Of a stretch of 64,000 nt of DNA, positions 12,801-26,100 are shown piece by piece. Source of the DNA: the human T2T-CHM13v2.0 reference genome, Homo sapiens; NCBI RefSeq assembly GCF_009914755.1, contig NC_060936.1; one strand, written 5' to 3'. Made by a program: the position numbers and the translations under genes. Every line of letters begins with the position of its first letter. The first letter of the stretch is position 1. The notes below the pieces were generated by a model. It made no database searches. It had not been told where the DNA came from and saw nothing but the letters and a program-made list of their open reading frames with translations.

Positions 12801-13592
12801 CTCAGTTTGGGGAAGAAAGAGTGGCCATAGTGCCATAGCCTAGCAGGTGAAGTGGGACCTTCTCTCCTCTTATGCCCCAGACCCAGCAAGGCAACTACCT
12901 CATCCCCACTGTGGCAGCAAGTTGGGACACTTACTTAGTCACTGAGGTTCGCTTCCAGTCAGCGAAGCTTCCCTAGGCTGTAAAACTCACAGCTCAGTCA
13001 AAACTGTGTTGACCGACCAACTCTCCTCCTGCTTCTTTCCTGTGAAGGATAGGAGCCTGGTTCCAGTGCCAGCAGCTGGTGCACATACTACACTAATTTC
13101 TCAGTTCTGGCTGTGGGAGCCAGTTCCCTGCTAAAGCCCCAGATCTCCAATCCCCAGCTCGAGTCTCTCTAATGCCAAGATGGCTACCACTGCTTCTAGC
13201 TTGCAGGATCCTGCACAGCTTGTTAGGAGCTAAGATCAAGAATGGCATCCTTCTATTGGTGCCTAGGTCTGGGAACATGTGTGGGACACTTCCTGGAGAC
13301 ATTCCTTCTCACAGTCTCCTAGCTGCCCCCAAGTTAGATCCAGGGCTTGGGAGTGTCCTGGTGTTCTCCTGTGACCTGGATTGCACAATTCCTCACTAAG
13401 AAGATGGATCACAGAGAGACACTCACTCATGCTCTCCTGTATTAGGGATTCACTTGTGGTTTTCAGCTGGACCCGGCCGTGTGGGGTGCCTGCCTACCTT
13501 CTCTTTCCAAGTATCTTTCACTTTTCTGTTGAACTCTCTTGTTCTTTCTTGGATAAAATTTCAAAGTGTGAATCTCTGTACACTATTTTGCT

Positions 13593-13688
13593 CCTTTCCT
13601 TTTTCCTTTCCTTTCCTTTCCTTTCCTTTCCTTTCCTTTCCTTTCCTTTCCTTTCCTTTCCTTTCCTTTCCTTTCCTTTCCTTCCTTC

Positions 13689-13756
<68 letters not shown>

Positions 13757-13768
13757 CTCTTTCTTTCT
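13593..13768. repeat. Compound pyrimidine STR (CCTTT)n-(CT)n-(TTTC)n
   Basis: Directly visible; source of the KER-rich and FLS-rich ORFs. Confidence 0.97.
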
Positions 13769-14529
13769 CTTTTCTGTTGAACTTTCATGTTCTTTCTTGG
13801 ATAAAACGTCAAAGCATGAATCTCTATACACTATCTTGCTTCTTCCAAGTGGGTGAAGTGTGCTGGAAAAGCCTCTATTCTGCCATCTTGGAAAAGAACG
13901 CAAAACAACAAAACAAAACAAACAAACAAACAAAAAACAACCCTTTTTTAAAGAAGTCTACTAATTTTTAAAAACTAATCTACTAAAATTATCATTTTTT
14001 TTCAGCATTCTTTTCCAGCCTGCCTGTTCTTGTAGTTTTTCATCCTAACTCTTCCTGAGCTCCTGTGCTACTTTGATGTTAGTATCTCCCTGTTGATTCT
14101 AGGCTGGCTTTGTTTGACTGTTGCAAAGAGATGAGCAATGACATCCTAGGGTAGTGTTGTGAAAATAAGTGGGCATCATTACCAAGTTATCTGCCAGCCT
14201 TCCCCTGTTACTGCTTTTCAGTCTTCTTCTACATTAGGTTTCCATTTTACTCTCAATATCCTTCCCCCAGTTATACCAGGCTTTGACCTCAACTTCTCTC
14301 CCTAAGAGCTTCTTAACCTTTTGGTGCAAAGTTCTGGGATTCCTTAATTTCTATGTCATTTCTGTGACATCGTCAGAGTTTGGTTTTAGGGGTGGTAGCT
14401 TTGTTAATTTGCCATCTTTTCTGGAAAAAATAATAGATTATTTATAAAATAGAAATTGTATTTATCTTGTACTATAATTAAGATTTTCTAATAGTTATCA
14501 GTGCTATCAATTTTTTTTTTTTTTTGCTT

Positions 14530-15205
14530 TTTTCTGGGTACATGGTAGGATTGTATTTCCCTACACTTTTGCTGAAATTCAGTGTAGTCATGTGACTTGC
14601 TTTGCACAATGAACAGCGAGCAGAAGTCTATGTGTCACTTCCTCTGGAAGCCCATAGAGCCAGTGCATAATTTACCATTTTCTCTTTTACTGTCAGCCAC
14701 GGCGATTAAACATGCTGTAACTGAAAGACTGGCAAACTTCTGTAAAGAACCAGAAGATAAATATTTTAGGTTTTGCATGCCCTATGGTCTCAGTTGCAAC
14801 TACTCAACTCTGCCGTTGCAGTGCAAAAATAGCCATAGGCAATACATTAATAAATGAGCACGGCTATGTTCCAATAATACTTCATTTGAGACACTGAAAT
14901 TTGAATTTCATATAATTTTCACATGCCACAAAATATTATTATTTTTTTTAAAAAGTGGTTTTAGCTCTTGGGTCATATAAAATCAGGCAGCAGGCCAGAT
15001 TTAGTCCACAGGCCATAGTGTGTCAGCCCCTTTCTAGATAAACAGTACTTGAAAACTCTGATTCCCAGAGGGAGGGTAACATAGAGCAAAGCCCCCTACT
15101 TACCCACAAAGAATATTCGGTGTGTGGCAAAAAGGGGAAACTTGTTATTTTAAGTCACTAATTAAAAACCTAGCTCAATCTAATATACTAGCTCAATCTA
15201 ATACA
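14530..15205 (+). mobile_element. MLT1I/J-like MaLR LTR
   Basis: CATGGTAGGATTGTATTTCCC...CATGTGACTTGCTTTG...GTGTCACTTCC; ends near CTAATACA. Confidence 0.6.
14722..15033. mobile_element. MER58B-like hAT-Charlie DNA transposon inside the MLT1 LTR
   Basis: GGCAAACTTCTGTAAAG..AATATTTTAGG..GCAACTACTCAACTCTGCC..GGCCAGATTT..GGCCATAG..CCCCT. Confidence 0.8.
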
Positions 15206-17627
15206 CTAATTTTGTTTTTAAATTAGTGTAAACTAATTTAAACCTAGCTCAGTCTAATACACTAATTTTGTTTTTAAATGATAATACAGTAATGAATACC
15301 TAGAAGACAAAGGTTAAGGGAAAGGAAAAGAGAAAGAGGTGCTGAGAAAAAAACAAGGGGAGTTTGAACTGAAAGTTAAAGAGCTCATTAAAATTTTGAC
15401 AGATCATCCATCTTTTCATCTGAACTCCGTATCTATAAATCCTGATTATCTGCCCATTTACACACTTAATAATGTATCTTTTACTCTTTCTGGGATGCTG
15501 AAATGTTGATCGCTTCAAATAATTTTTAAAAATTAAGTCATGGAAGTATTTTAAAAGTGATCTGAAAACTGCGTCAGAAAGTCAGGAAGGCCAAAATAAG
15601 GAGCTCTGTTAAGAGACATTCCATCAACAAAAATATCTCTTCTCTTTTCTGCCATGGCAACTCCAAAATAGTAAAGAATATGTAATAGGCAGTATCCTTA
15701 TTTGAACCAGGATGCTGAGAATCGTGCAGGCAATAAATGTCTATTTTGGTGACAAGCAGGAGCATTTTATGAAAAGAGATTGTTCTGATTCTTTAGCTTT
15801 TGTTGAGCTTTCCCAATTGTGAATGGCAGAATTCCAGAGACACTCAATGTATCCACTTTCCAACTTATAATTGTATACTCACCTTGTGTATCTTTGTAAT
15901 CGTTGGAGTCCTGATTCTAGCATGGTTGGTTGTGTTAAATTATCTTTTTCTTTGGACATGCCAGAGCAGGACAGAGAAGAAGATATTTATGGTGATACAG
16001 GTTGCACTTGTCAGAGCCTCCTGCCGTAGAAATGTTGGTGGGGAAACAGTCCTTATTTGATCATTTTTGGGGAAGGAAATTAAAATAAGTTTTGTACAGA
16101 GGCTCTAACTCCCTCAGGGCAGCTGAGTGGGAGAGAGAGAGTCTCTTTGGAAAATCCACAGTTTATTCTTCCAAAACAATGTAGCCTCTAAGAAGTCAGA
16201 AACATTTGGAGAAAGTACAGAAATGAAAAGCATTATTGTGTGAAGTTCAAACTCTCAAGAAAAAAAAAGGTGTTTTATAAAAAGCTCAGACTTTACTTTT
16301 TGCCTTGGAAATCCTGTGGACTACAATGATAGGATTTGTTTAAAATATTGCACTTAAATATTTAAATGTAGCAGGCCCTATGTGTTTGATTTCTTTGTTT
16401 AACTGATGCATAGTTTCCCAACTATGTAGTGACTGGTGTAAAGTGTGAGGCTGTTCTATATTTATGTGGTTCAGCTTTCCAGAATATTTGGATACTGGCC
16501 TTAAATATGTACAGTATTGTTCCCTTGCAGCAGTTTTTCAATGCCCAAATATATTAATGTTATATCCCCAAAGTCCTCTCTTCTGACAGATGGCTAACAA
16601 GGAAAAAAGTTAATTAAATTTGTTAAGTCATTTATGAAAAATATAGGGGCTTCCGAGAATTACAAAGCAAAGTTTCCATTCACTATGTGGGAAGTCAGAT
16701 GCCTGGTAAATCTTTTATCTATTTGTGTTTTAAACAACTTTGCCTTCAGTATATGGATTTTGTGTGCAATGTCAGTATGTAATCTGAAGTAATTACAATA
16801 ATTTAATAGCATGAAACACGGAACGGGGCAGTAAGAATTTTAAAAATAATGATTTAGCTGATTTTCTATCAGAAGCATTGAGAAAAAAATTTCTGAAGGA
16901 GAAAAAAGTGAAATGTTACTCTCCGGTGAATGGTTTCACACAGAAATGAATCTGTTGTCTAACAAAGATTTGGTTTTACTGGTGCCCTGTGGCACCAATA
17001 CATTTTTCTAAAGTGTAGAGAGGTGAATGTGGATGCCACGGTCTGGTCCTGACCTCGCTAAATACATGGAATCTCTCCCTGAGGCAGACCTTCATTGGAG
17101 TGAGGTCAGCAACAAGAATTTGGCTTTGAAGAAATCGTGAATTGACAAGCAAGCAGAGAATCTGAAAGGATACATTTTCTACCAATGAAACTTTAATAAT
17201 CCCCAGGAAGACTGTACACATTTTAAAATAAGTAGTTTTCACTCCTAGGAATTGGATCCCAGGGCAAAAGTGAATGAAAGGATATAAAATTAGCTTGAGA
17301 AACAAAAGAAGTCTAAGGAGAGTTTATATTATAAAGTGCATACTGGATTCTATAACAGAATGATCAAAGTAAACATGATTTTAAATGATACAGATGTTCC
17401 CAAGATACAAAGCATTCTGTGGTTCTAAGAGTTCTTAGGAGGCTGCACAGACTCTTATAGTTTAGATAACATGAAATAATGTTTCTGTGTATTCTATAGG
17501 AAATCATTAATCTAAACAATTCTGTACAGCTTCCTAAAATACTTTATCAACCCTAGAAGAATCTGTTTCTTAAAAGACTATGTTTTTTCATGATTATTGC
17601 TCTTAGTCTAATTTTAGAAAAGACAAG

Positions 17628-18031
17628 TATTATAGGCTAAACTATGTTCCTCTCAAATTCATATGTTGAAGCCTTAAGCCCTAGTACCTTAGAATTTTAC
17701 TGTATTTGAAGATAAGGCCTTGGAAGAGGTGATTAAGTTAAAATGAGGCTTCTAGGGTGGGTCCTAATTCAATGTGACTGGTGTCCTTATAAGAAGAGGA
17801 AATTTGGAACACAAGGAAACACTAGGAATGTGTGTGCACAGAGAAAAATCCATGTGAGGAAATGGGAGAAGGCGGCCATCTGCAAGCCAAGGAGAGAGGC
17901 CTCAGAAGAAAACAAACCTGCTGACACCTTAATCTTGGACTTCTTGACTCCAGAACTCTGTGAAAATAAATTGTTGTTTAAGCCACCCAGCCTGTAGTAT
18001 TTTGTTATAGAAGCTCTACCAAACTAATATA
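17628..18031 (+). mobile_element. MLT1B-like LTR
   Basis: AAATTCATATGTTGAAG..GACTGGTGTCCTTATAAGAAGAGG..CTGCAAGCCAAGGAGAGAGGCCTC..TTTAAGCCACCCAG. Confidence 0.85.
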
Positions 18032-21000
18032 AGACACAATAATGCTTTACCTTTTCCCAGAGCCAGGAGATCTCTATTGGGAAGAAAATGAACTGTCATA
18101 GGGGAAATCTATGCACTTTTAGTTAGGCTTTTTGCTTTGTTTTACCTGGATACAAATCCCAGTATGATTTTCATTGAGAATGTTAGGATGAAGAGGTCAG
18201 GAAGCCAGATTTTTCAGACCACTGATATAGAAAAACTTTTCACTGCTTTATCACAATCCCAAGAGAAACCAATCAATACTTTTGATCTGAAATATGTGTC
18301 TTTCTGATAATCTGGTGTCAAAAAATGTCCACCTATCCTATACTAGCTTTAATATTAAGAAGATGTCCTGACGAAAAAAGTAGGAGGAAATTGGCTTTTA
18401 TTTAACTGCAAAACATTAAAAATATTTGCATATTTTGGCATCATGGAGGGGTAGCCATTATTTGCATTTTAAAGGTATAGAAAGGAAAATATACAGATGT
18501 TAAAGTTTTCCTTGGTTACATAAGTCAAAATCTTTAGCAAGATGAAGACTTTTTCTTTTTTTTAAGATTTATTTTTGTGGACGTATGGCAGGAGGAAGCC
18601 CGATTAAGGCAGCATTCTGGAGAGGGTGATCTCATCTTACTACACATAAGATAGAATCAGAATGTGGGGTATGTCTAGAGCAGGCTCGGGGTTAGGATGG
18701 CCTTGCTAAAGGCTGTGGGGGAAGACTGGATTATCAAAAGCCAGAAAATTACCTATAGTTGGAATTACATTCAAACACACACACCAAATTCATGTTCCTA
18801 ATCCACACATCAGAAGTCTAGAATCCGATGGGGTCGTCCTTCAGTAAGACAAGATGACACATCAGGCAAGCAGTGAAACCCAGGAGTTAGGTGGAAAGAA
18901 CAGTGTCCCAAAGTAATCACAGTTCACAAAGGCAGGAATTGAAGAGCTAAGTTATAGCACAATCAGTTCACAAATGTGTACATGTAAGAAACATAAACTT
19001 GTATGTGACATTTCTATGATCGAAATTAATATCCATTTTGAGCACCTGTTGCACAAAGCGATGAAATGTGCTCTTAGTCAACTCAGGATTTCACCATCCC
19101 TTTTTCCAAGCTTATGGCCAATTTCAAGCACCTTTTATATACTATCAAGTGAGTGGCGTGAAGGAGATCTGAGGTTTTTACATCTGGCCTCAGTTGTTTT
19201 GACCAATTCATTCAGGAGTGTACTGAGATGGACATTATCTATCTGGTTCTTGTTTATCAATCCTTGCAAGTTGCTGCTGAACTACATCTTGGTCTTTAGA
19301 GAAGGAGAAATGTTTTGTTGCTAGTCTCCCCCATTAAGGGCTATAGGGTCTCTATGAGCTGTCTTATCTGTCTGCATATATGTACCCTGCAGCCAATATG
19401 ACTCCACAGATCCTGGACTTCACTGAGCCCCAGAAGCTTAGACCTTATTTTCACGATTATTATCTGAGAAAGGGAACTCCACCACCCTCATTCTCCATTT
19501 CTCCTACTCTCCTTCCATTTCTCCTTCGTTTTGGGTAATGTCAGGGTATACGACTCCTCTAGAGGCCCAGAGTTCAAGTCCTTTTCTTGCATTTTCTGAG
19601 TCTCTTTCCCCCAGCCATTACTATTCTCAGATATGATTTCCATTGAGAGCCATAAACACTGCCCAGCTAATAATACGAGCTCCTAAAGATATTGTTAGTA
19701 GCATTTATTAATGCCTTCAGTTATTGTCCTCTACCCCAGCTTTATTAAGGTATGATTGTCAGATAAAAATTGTATTATATAATGTTATAAAATGACTACC
19801 ACAATCAAATTAATTCATATATGTATTACCTTACATAATTACCTTCCCCCCTGTGCAGAACACTTAATATCTGTATACTCTAAGCAAATTTCAAGTATAT
19901 AATACATTATTATTAACTATAGTCACTATGCTGTACATTAGGTCTCCAGAACCTATTCGTTTTATGACTGCCTTGTCTACTCTCTGTTTCTGTGAGTTCA
20001 ACTTTTTTTTTAGATTCCATATATAAATGAGATCATACAGTATTTGCTGTTCTGTGTCTGGTTTATTTCATTTAGCAAAATGTCCATAATTTCGTCCAGG
20101 TTCACTCATGTTGTTGTAAATGGCAGAATTTTCTTCTTTTTAAAAGCTGAAAAATATTCTACATATTATATGAATGTATATATGATGCAACATTTTCTTT
20201 ATCTATTCTTAGTCATCCATTGATAGACACTTAGGTTGTTTCCATATCTTGGCTATTGTGAATAATGCTACAATGAATGAACATCGGAGTGCAGATAGCT
20301 CTTTGAGATGATTTTACTTCCTTTGAATACATACCAGGAAGCGGGATGGCTGGATCATATGGTAGTTCTATTTTTAATTTTTTGAGAACCTCTGCATGTT
20401 TTCATCAATGGCTGTACCAATTTATAGTCTCACCAATAGCGTACATGTCCTCTTTGTCCACATCACCTCTATCACTTATCTTTTGTTTTTGTGATAACCA
20501 CCAAGGTGTGAGATGTTGTCTCATTGTAGTTTTGATTTGCATTTTCCTGATGATTGGTGATGTTGAGTACTGTTTTTGTGACAGTGTCATACTTTTATGA
20601 ATATTATAACTTTAAGATATAATTTGAAATCAGAAATATGATGCCTCCAGCTGTGTTTTCTTGCTCGAGATTTTTTTAGCTAGTCAGAATCTTTTATGGT
20701 TTTATACAAATTGTAGGATTATATTTTCTATTTCTGCAGAAAATGCTATTGGAATTTTGATAGGAATTACAGTGAATATGTAGATTGCTTTGGGTTGTAT
20801 GAACATTTTGACAATATTAATTATTGCAATTCAAGAACATGGGATATCTTTCCATTTATTTGTGTCTTTTCACATTTCTTTCATGTTTTATAGGTGTTGG
20901 TGTACAGATTTTTCATATCCTTGATTAAGTTTATCCTAAGTATTTTATTCTTTTTGATGTTCTTGTGAATGAGATTGTTTTCTTAATTTCTTTTTTGGAT

Positions 21001-21403
21001 AGTTTGTTGTTAGTGTATAGAAATGCTACTGATTTTTGTATGTTGATTTTGTGTCTTGCAACTTTACTGAATTTGTTTATTAGTTCTAACAGTTTTATGG
21101 TAGAGTCTTTAGGTTTCTCTGTTAGAACTAATAGACAATTTCAGTAAAGTTGCAGGATGTCTTCTGTAAACAGAGACCATTTTACTTCTTCCTTTCTCCT
21201 TTGGGTGGCTTTTATTTCTTTTTCTTGCCCAATTGCTCTGGCTAGGACTTGCAATACTATGTAGTGGAAGTGGTGAGAGTGAGTATCCTGGTCTTGTTCC
21301 TAACATTAAAGGGAAGCTTTTAGTTTTTCACTGTTGAGCATTTTGTTAACTGTGAACTTTTCACACATGGCCTTTGTCATTTTGTGGTACCTTCCTTTTA
21401 TAC

Positions 21404-21764
21404 TATCTTAGTCCTTTTGAGCTGCTATCACAAAATATGAACTGGGTAGCTTATCAACAATGAACATTTAGTTTTCACAGCTATGGAGGTTGGAAAGTTC
21501 AAGATAAAGGCACTGGCATATTTGGTATATGGTGAGGATTTGCTTTCTGGCTCATAGGTGGCAACTTCTCATTGTATCTTCACATAACAGAAAGGGTGAC
21601 TATCTCTCTGGATCTCTTTTATAAGGGCACTAATTCCATTCATGAAGGCTCTGTCCTAGTGATTTAACTACCTCCCAAAGGCCCCACCTCCTAATACTAT
21701 CACCTTGAGGGTTAGGATTTCAATAAATGAATTTGGGGGAAACATAGTTATTCATACCATAGCT
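21404..21764 (-). mobile_element. MLT1A-like solo LTR in L1
   Basis: TCTTAGTCC..AAGGGCACTAATTCCATTCATGA..CCATAGC; perfect 5-bp TSD TATAC (21399-21403, 21765-21769). Confidence 0.88.
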
Positions 21765-22866
21765 TATACTTAATTTACTGAGGGTTTTATCATGAAAGAA
21801 TTTTGTCAAATGCTTTTTATGCATCTATTGAGATGGTCATATGATTTTTATCCTTCATTTCATTAATGTGAGTTATTATATCTATTGATCTGTGTGTGTT
21901 GAATCATCCTTGCATCCGAGGGATAAATCCAACTTGGTCATGGTGTATTGTCCTTTCAATGTGCTGTTGAATTTGGTTTGTTAGTGTGTTGTTGAGGATT
22001 TTTGCACCTGTGTTTATCAGGGATATTGGTCTATAATTTTCTTTTCCTGTAGTGACCTTATCTGTCTTTAGTATCAGGGTAATGCTGGCCTTATAAAATT
22101 AGTTTGGAAGTATGCTCTTTTCTTTAATTTTTTGAAGAGTGTGAGAAGGATTGTTTTTAGTTCTTCTTTAAATATTTGGTAGAATTAAAGCATGAAGCCA
22201 GCTTTTCTTTGATGGGAGACTTTTTATTGCTAATTCAATTTTCTTACTAATTATTTTTCTGTTCAGATTTTCTATTTCCTCATAATTCAGTCTTGGTTGG
22301 TTGTATGTTCTTGGTCAGTTGTATGTGCCCAGAAACGTATCCATTTCTTCTAGGTTATTCAGTTTGTTGGCATTTTCGTTCATAGTGTTTTCTTAGGATT
22401 CTTTGTATTTCTGTGTTTCTGTGGTATCAGTTGTAGTCTCCTCCTTCACTTCTGATTTTATGTATTTGAGTCTCTTATTTCTTTTTATCTTAGTCAGTCT
22501 AGATAATTTTGATTTTATCTTTTTAAAAAACCAACTTAGTTTTGTTGACCTTTTCTATTTTTATTTTTTAGTTTCTATGTCATTTATTTATGTTTTGAAT
22601 TTTGTTATTCAATTTCCTTTTGCTAACTTTGTTCTTTTTCTAGTATTTTGTGGTGTAAAATTGGGTTATTTATTTGAGATCTTTCTTTTTTCTTAATATT
22701 GGACATTATCACTATAAAATTACCTATTGGAACTGCTTTTGCTGCCTTCCATAAATTTTGTATTTTGTGTTTCCATTTTCATTTGTATCAAAGTATTTTT
22801 ATTTACCTTTTAATTTCTTCTTTGACTCATTGGTTGTTCAAGAGCACATTGTTTAATTTCTACATA

Positions 22867-23101
22867 AAGGTAGAGTATTCCTAATCCAAAAACCCAAAAT
22901 ATGAAGTGCTCAAAAATCTGAAACTTTTTGAGCAACAACATGAGGCTCAAAGGAAATACTCATTGGAGCATTTTGTGTTCAGTTTTCAGATTAGGGATGT
23001 TTACTTGGTAAGTATAATGCAAATATCACAAAATCTGAAAAAATCTGAGATCTGAAACACTTTTAGTCACAAGCATTTTTGGATAAAGGGTACTCAACCT
23101 C
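22867..23101. mobile_element. Tigger4a-like DNA transposon in L1
   Basis: TA-flanked; AGGTAGAGTATTCC...GGGTACTCAACCT TIRs; internal CTCAAAGGAAATACTCATTGGAGCATTT. Confidence 0.85.
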
Positions 23102-26100
23102 TATTTGTGGATTTTCTAACTTTCCTCCTGTTATTGAGTTCTAGTTTCATAGCATTGTGTTCAGAAAAGATACTTGATATGATTTCAATATTTTTAAGTG
23201 TATTAAGTCTTGTTTTATGGCCTAATATAGAATTTAACCTAAAGAATATTTTGTTTGTACTTGAGAATAATGTGTATTATGATGCTGTTAGATAAAATAT
23301 TCTGTATATGTCTCTTAGATCCATATAGTCTTAAGTATAGTTTAAATCTAATGTTTCCATATTAATTTTCTGTCTCCATAATTCATCCATTGTTGAAAGT
23401 TGGATATTGAAGTCCCCTATTACTGTTGTATTGCTGTCTATTTCTCCCTTCAGATCTGTTAATATTTGCTTTATATGTTTAGAAGCTCTGTAGTCAGGTT
23501 CTTATATATTTACAGTTGTTATATCCTTTCATGAATTGATCTTTTTATGATCATATAATGACCTTCATTTTTGCTTTTTACAATTTTGATTTTGTCTGAT
23601 GTAAGAATAGCTACCCCTGCACTTTTTGCTTTCCATTTGCATGAAATATCTTCTTTCATCCCTTCCTTTTCAGCCTGTGTGTATTCTTAAAGGTAAAGTG
23701 AGTTTCTTGTAGGTAGCATATAATTGGATCTTTTTTTTTAATCCACTCAATCACTTCATCTTTTGAAGAATTTAATCAATTTATATTTAAAGTAATGATT
23801 GATACATAAAGCCTTACTTTTAACATTTTGCTAATTATTTTCTGGCTGTTTTGGAGTTCCTTTGTTCCTTCCTTCCTCTCTTTTGGTCTTCCTTCGTGAT
23901 TTGATGTTTTTTGTTGTTTTTTTTTGTTTTGTTTTTTGTTTTTTGTTTTTTTGTAGTGGCATGTTTTGATTCCTTTCTTTTTATCTTGTGTATTTACTGT
24001 AGGTTTCTGCTTTATGGTTACCACAAGGCTTACATAAAACATCTTATAATTATAAAAGTTTATTTTAAGCTAACAATTTAACTTTGACTGCATACATAAA
24101 CTCTACACTGTAGTTTTCTCCCCTCATTTTATGTTTTTGATGTCACAATTTATATTTTTAATATTTTCTATTAATTACACAATATTATAGCTACATTTTT
24201 AATACTTTTGTCTTTTAAGCATATTAGAGTTACAAGTCATTTATATATCACCATTACAGTATTAAAGAGTATTCTGAATTTGACTATACATTTACCTTTG
24301 CCAGTGAGTTTTATACTTTCATAAATTTTCATGTTACTAATTAGCATCTTTTCATTTCAGCTTGAAGAACTTCCTTTAGCATTTTTTTTGTAATGCAAAT
24401 CTAATGGTGATACACTCCCTCAGCTTTTGCCTTCCTGGAAAAGTCTTTACCTTTCCCTTATTTCTGAGGGACAGCTTTGACAGGTAAAGTATTTTTGGTT
24501 GGCTATTTATTTTTATTTTCAGCACTCAAAATATATTGTTCAACTTTCTTCTGGCTTGCAAGGTTTCAGCTGAGAAATCCACTGACAGTCTTGTGGGTGT
24601 TCTCTTGTATGTGATGATTCAGGGGTTTTTTTTCCTGGCTTTCATAATTTTCTATTTGTCTGATTTTTGACAGTTTGATTATAATGTGTCTTGGTGAAGT
24701 CCTCTTTTGGTTGAACTTATTTGGGAACTTTTCAGCTTCATGTACTTGCATGTCCATTTCTCTTCTTTTCTCTCTCTGTTCTCCTTCTTATACTCCTATA
24801 ATGTACATGATAGTTCTCTCAATTATGTCCCACAAAATCCCATAGGCTTTTGCCATATCTTTTCATTTTTTTTCCTTTTTCTACTTTGACTGTACAATTT
24901 CAACTGACCTGTCTGAGTTCATAGCTTCTTTCTTCTGCTTAATAACACCCCTTGTTCATGCATTCTATTTCATTTTTCATTCAATTCATTGTATAATTCA
25001 GGTTCAGATTTCTATTGGTTCTTTTTCTGTGTGTGATTTATATGTCTTTGTTGAACTTACTATTTTGTTCAGGCATTATTTTTCTGATATTGTTGAGTTG
25101 CCTACCTGTGTTCTGTAGGAGCTTATTGAGCTTCCTTAAGACAATTGTCTTGACTTTTTTCCAGGCAATTTTTAGATTTCCATTTCCTCAGTGTCAATTG
25201 CTAAAGCTTTATCAATTTCATTTGATGGTGTCATATTTGCCTGATTCTTAATGATTCATATAGTCTTGCATTAATCTTTATGCATTTGAAGGAACCAATA
25301 CCCCTTCCTGTTGTTACAGATTGGTTTCAGTAATTAAAGACTTTCTCCTCCCTGGTCCTCAGACTGATGGGATTGCCTCCAGGATTTCAGTTGATTGTGG
25401 CTGGAGCCAAGTTATATGGCTGTAGCAGGGTCTACAGTTGGGTCCATTGTTGGTATGCCTGTTACTAGATGTGTGAGCAGGGTGGTTCCTGCCAAATAGC
25501 CAAGGGACAGAACTATCTCTGGTACCATCATTGAGCTAGAGCCAGCTGGGTTATGTGGCTACTTTGGGTCTTCGGTTCAATCTGTAGGTAATAAGCCAGT
25601 TACCAGGGATGTGGATGTATGTGGCTTTCATTGGGTCCTGGTGCAGATGTTTGGGTGGGCAGGACTGCTTATGTGACTGTAGTAAAGTGGGACTGGAGCC
25701 AGGTTACAGGACTACTTCAAGGCCTGCAGTCAAGACTGAGGTCAATGGGACTGCTACTGGGGGATCAGATGGGCATGTCTCCTGCCAGTTCTGTGGTTGA
25801 GCAGAACTGCCCCAGGACCATAGCAGAGTAGGGCTGAAACTGAGTATCAGCATTATTTCAGGGTTCACACCTGGTACTCCGGTAATTGTACCTCCTGCCA
25901 GGGCATTTATGAGCATTGCTGGGTTCCTGGGTGGGCAGAACTGAGAGGAGGGCTGGAGCCAGGTCACAGAGCTGCTTCAGGATCTCCAGTCAGGTCCATG
26001 GCTCATGGGATTTTTATGTGGCTCCTTCTTGGTCTCTATGTGAGCAGGAATGATTCTGGACTGGTGGTAGGTCATGGCTGCATAAGGGCCACAGGGCCAT

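Larger units (their letters stand above)
8416..13891 (-). mobile_element. Near-full-length L1PB-type LINE with internal ORF2 deletion
   Basis: 3' UTR at 8416-8860. Endonuclease remnant in ORF 10446-10979 (KGSIQQEDITTLNIY.PN). ORF1 remnant 11452-11691 (DFSAE.LQARREW..IFK.LKE). 5' UTR ends at the reverse complement of CCAAGATGGCAGAATAG. Confidence 0.9.

Noticed and set aside
13381-13971. Longest ORF (196 aa) and the KER-repeat ORFs
   Set aside because: Read-through of a stop-free microsatellite
15170-15279. Repeat-spacer pattern resembling a CRISPR array
   Set aside because: Only three irregular copies, self-derived spacers, no cas genes, eukaryotic context
15570-17300. Repeat-poor stretch as possible coding exons
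   Set aside because: No convincing acceptor-ORF-donor unit or recognisable protein; it may be regulatory, but the sequence alone does not support a call
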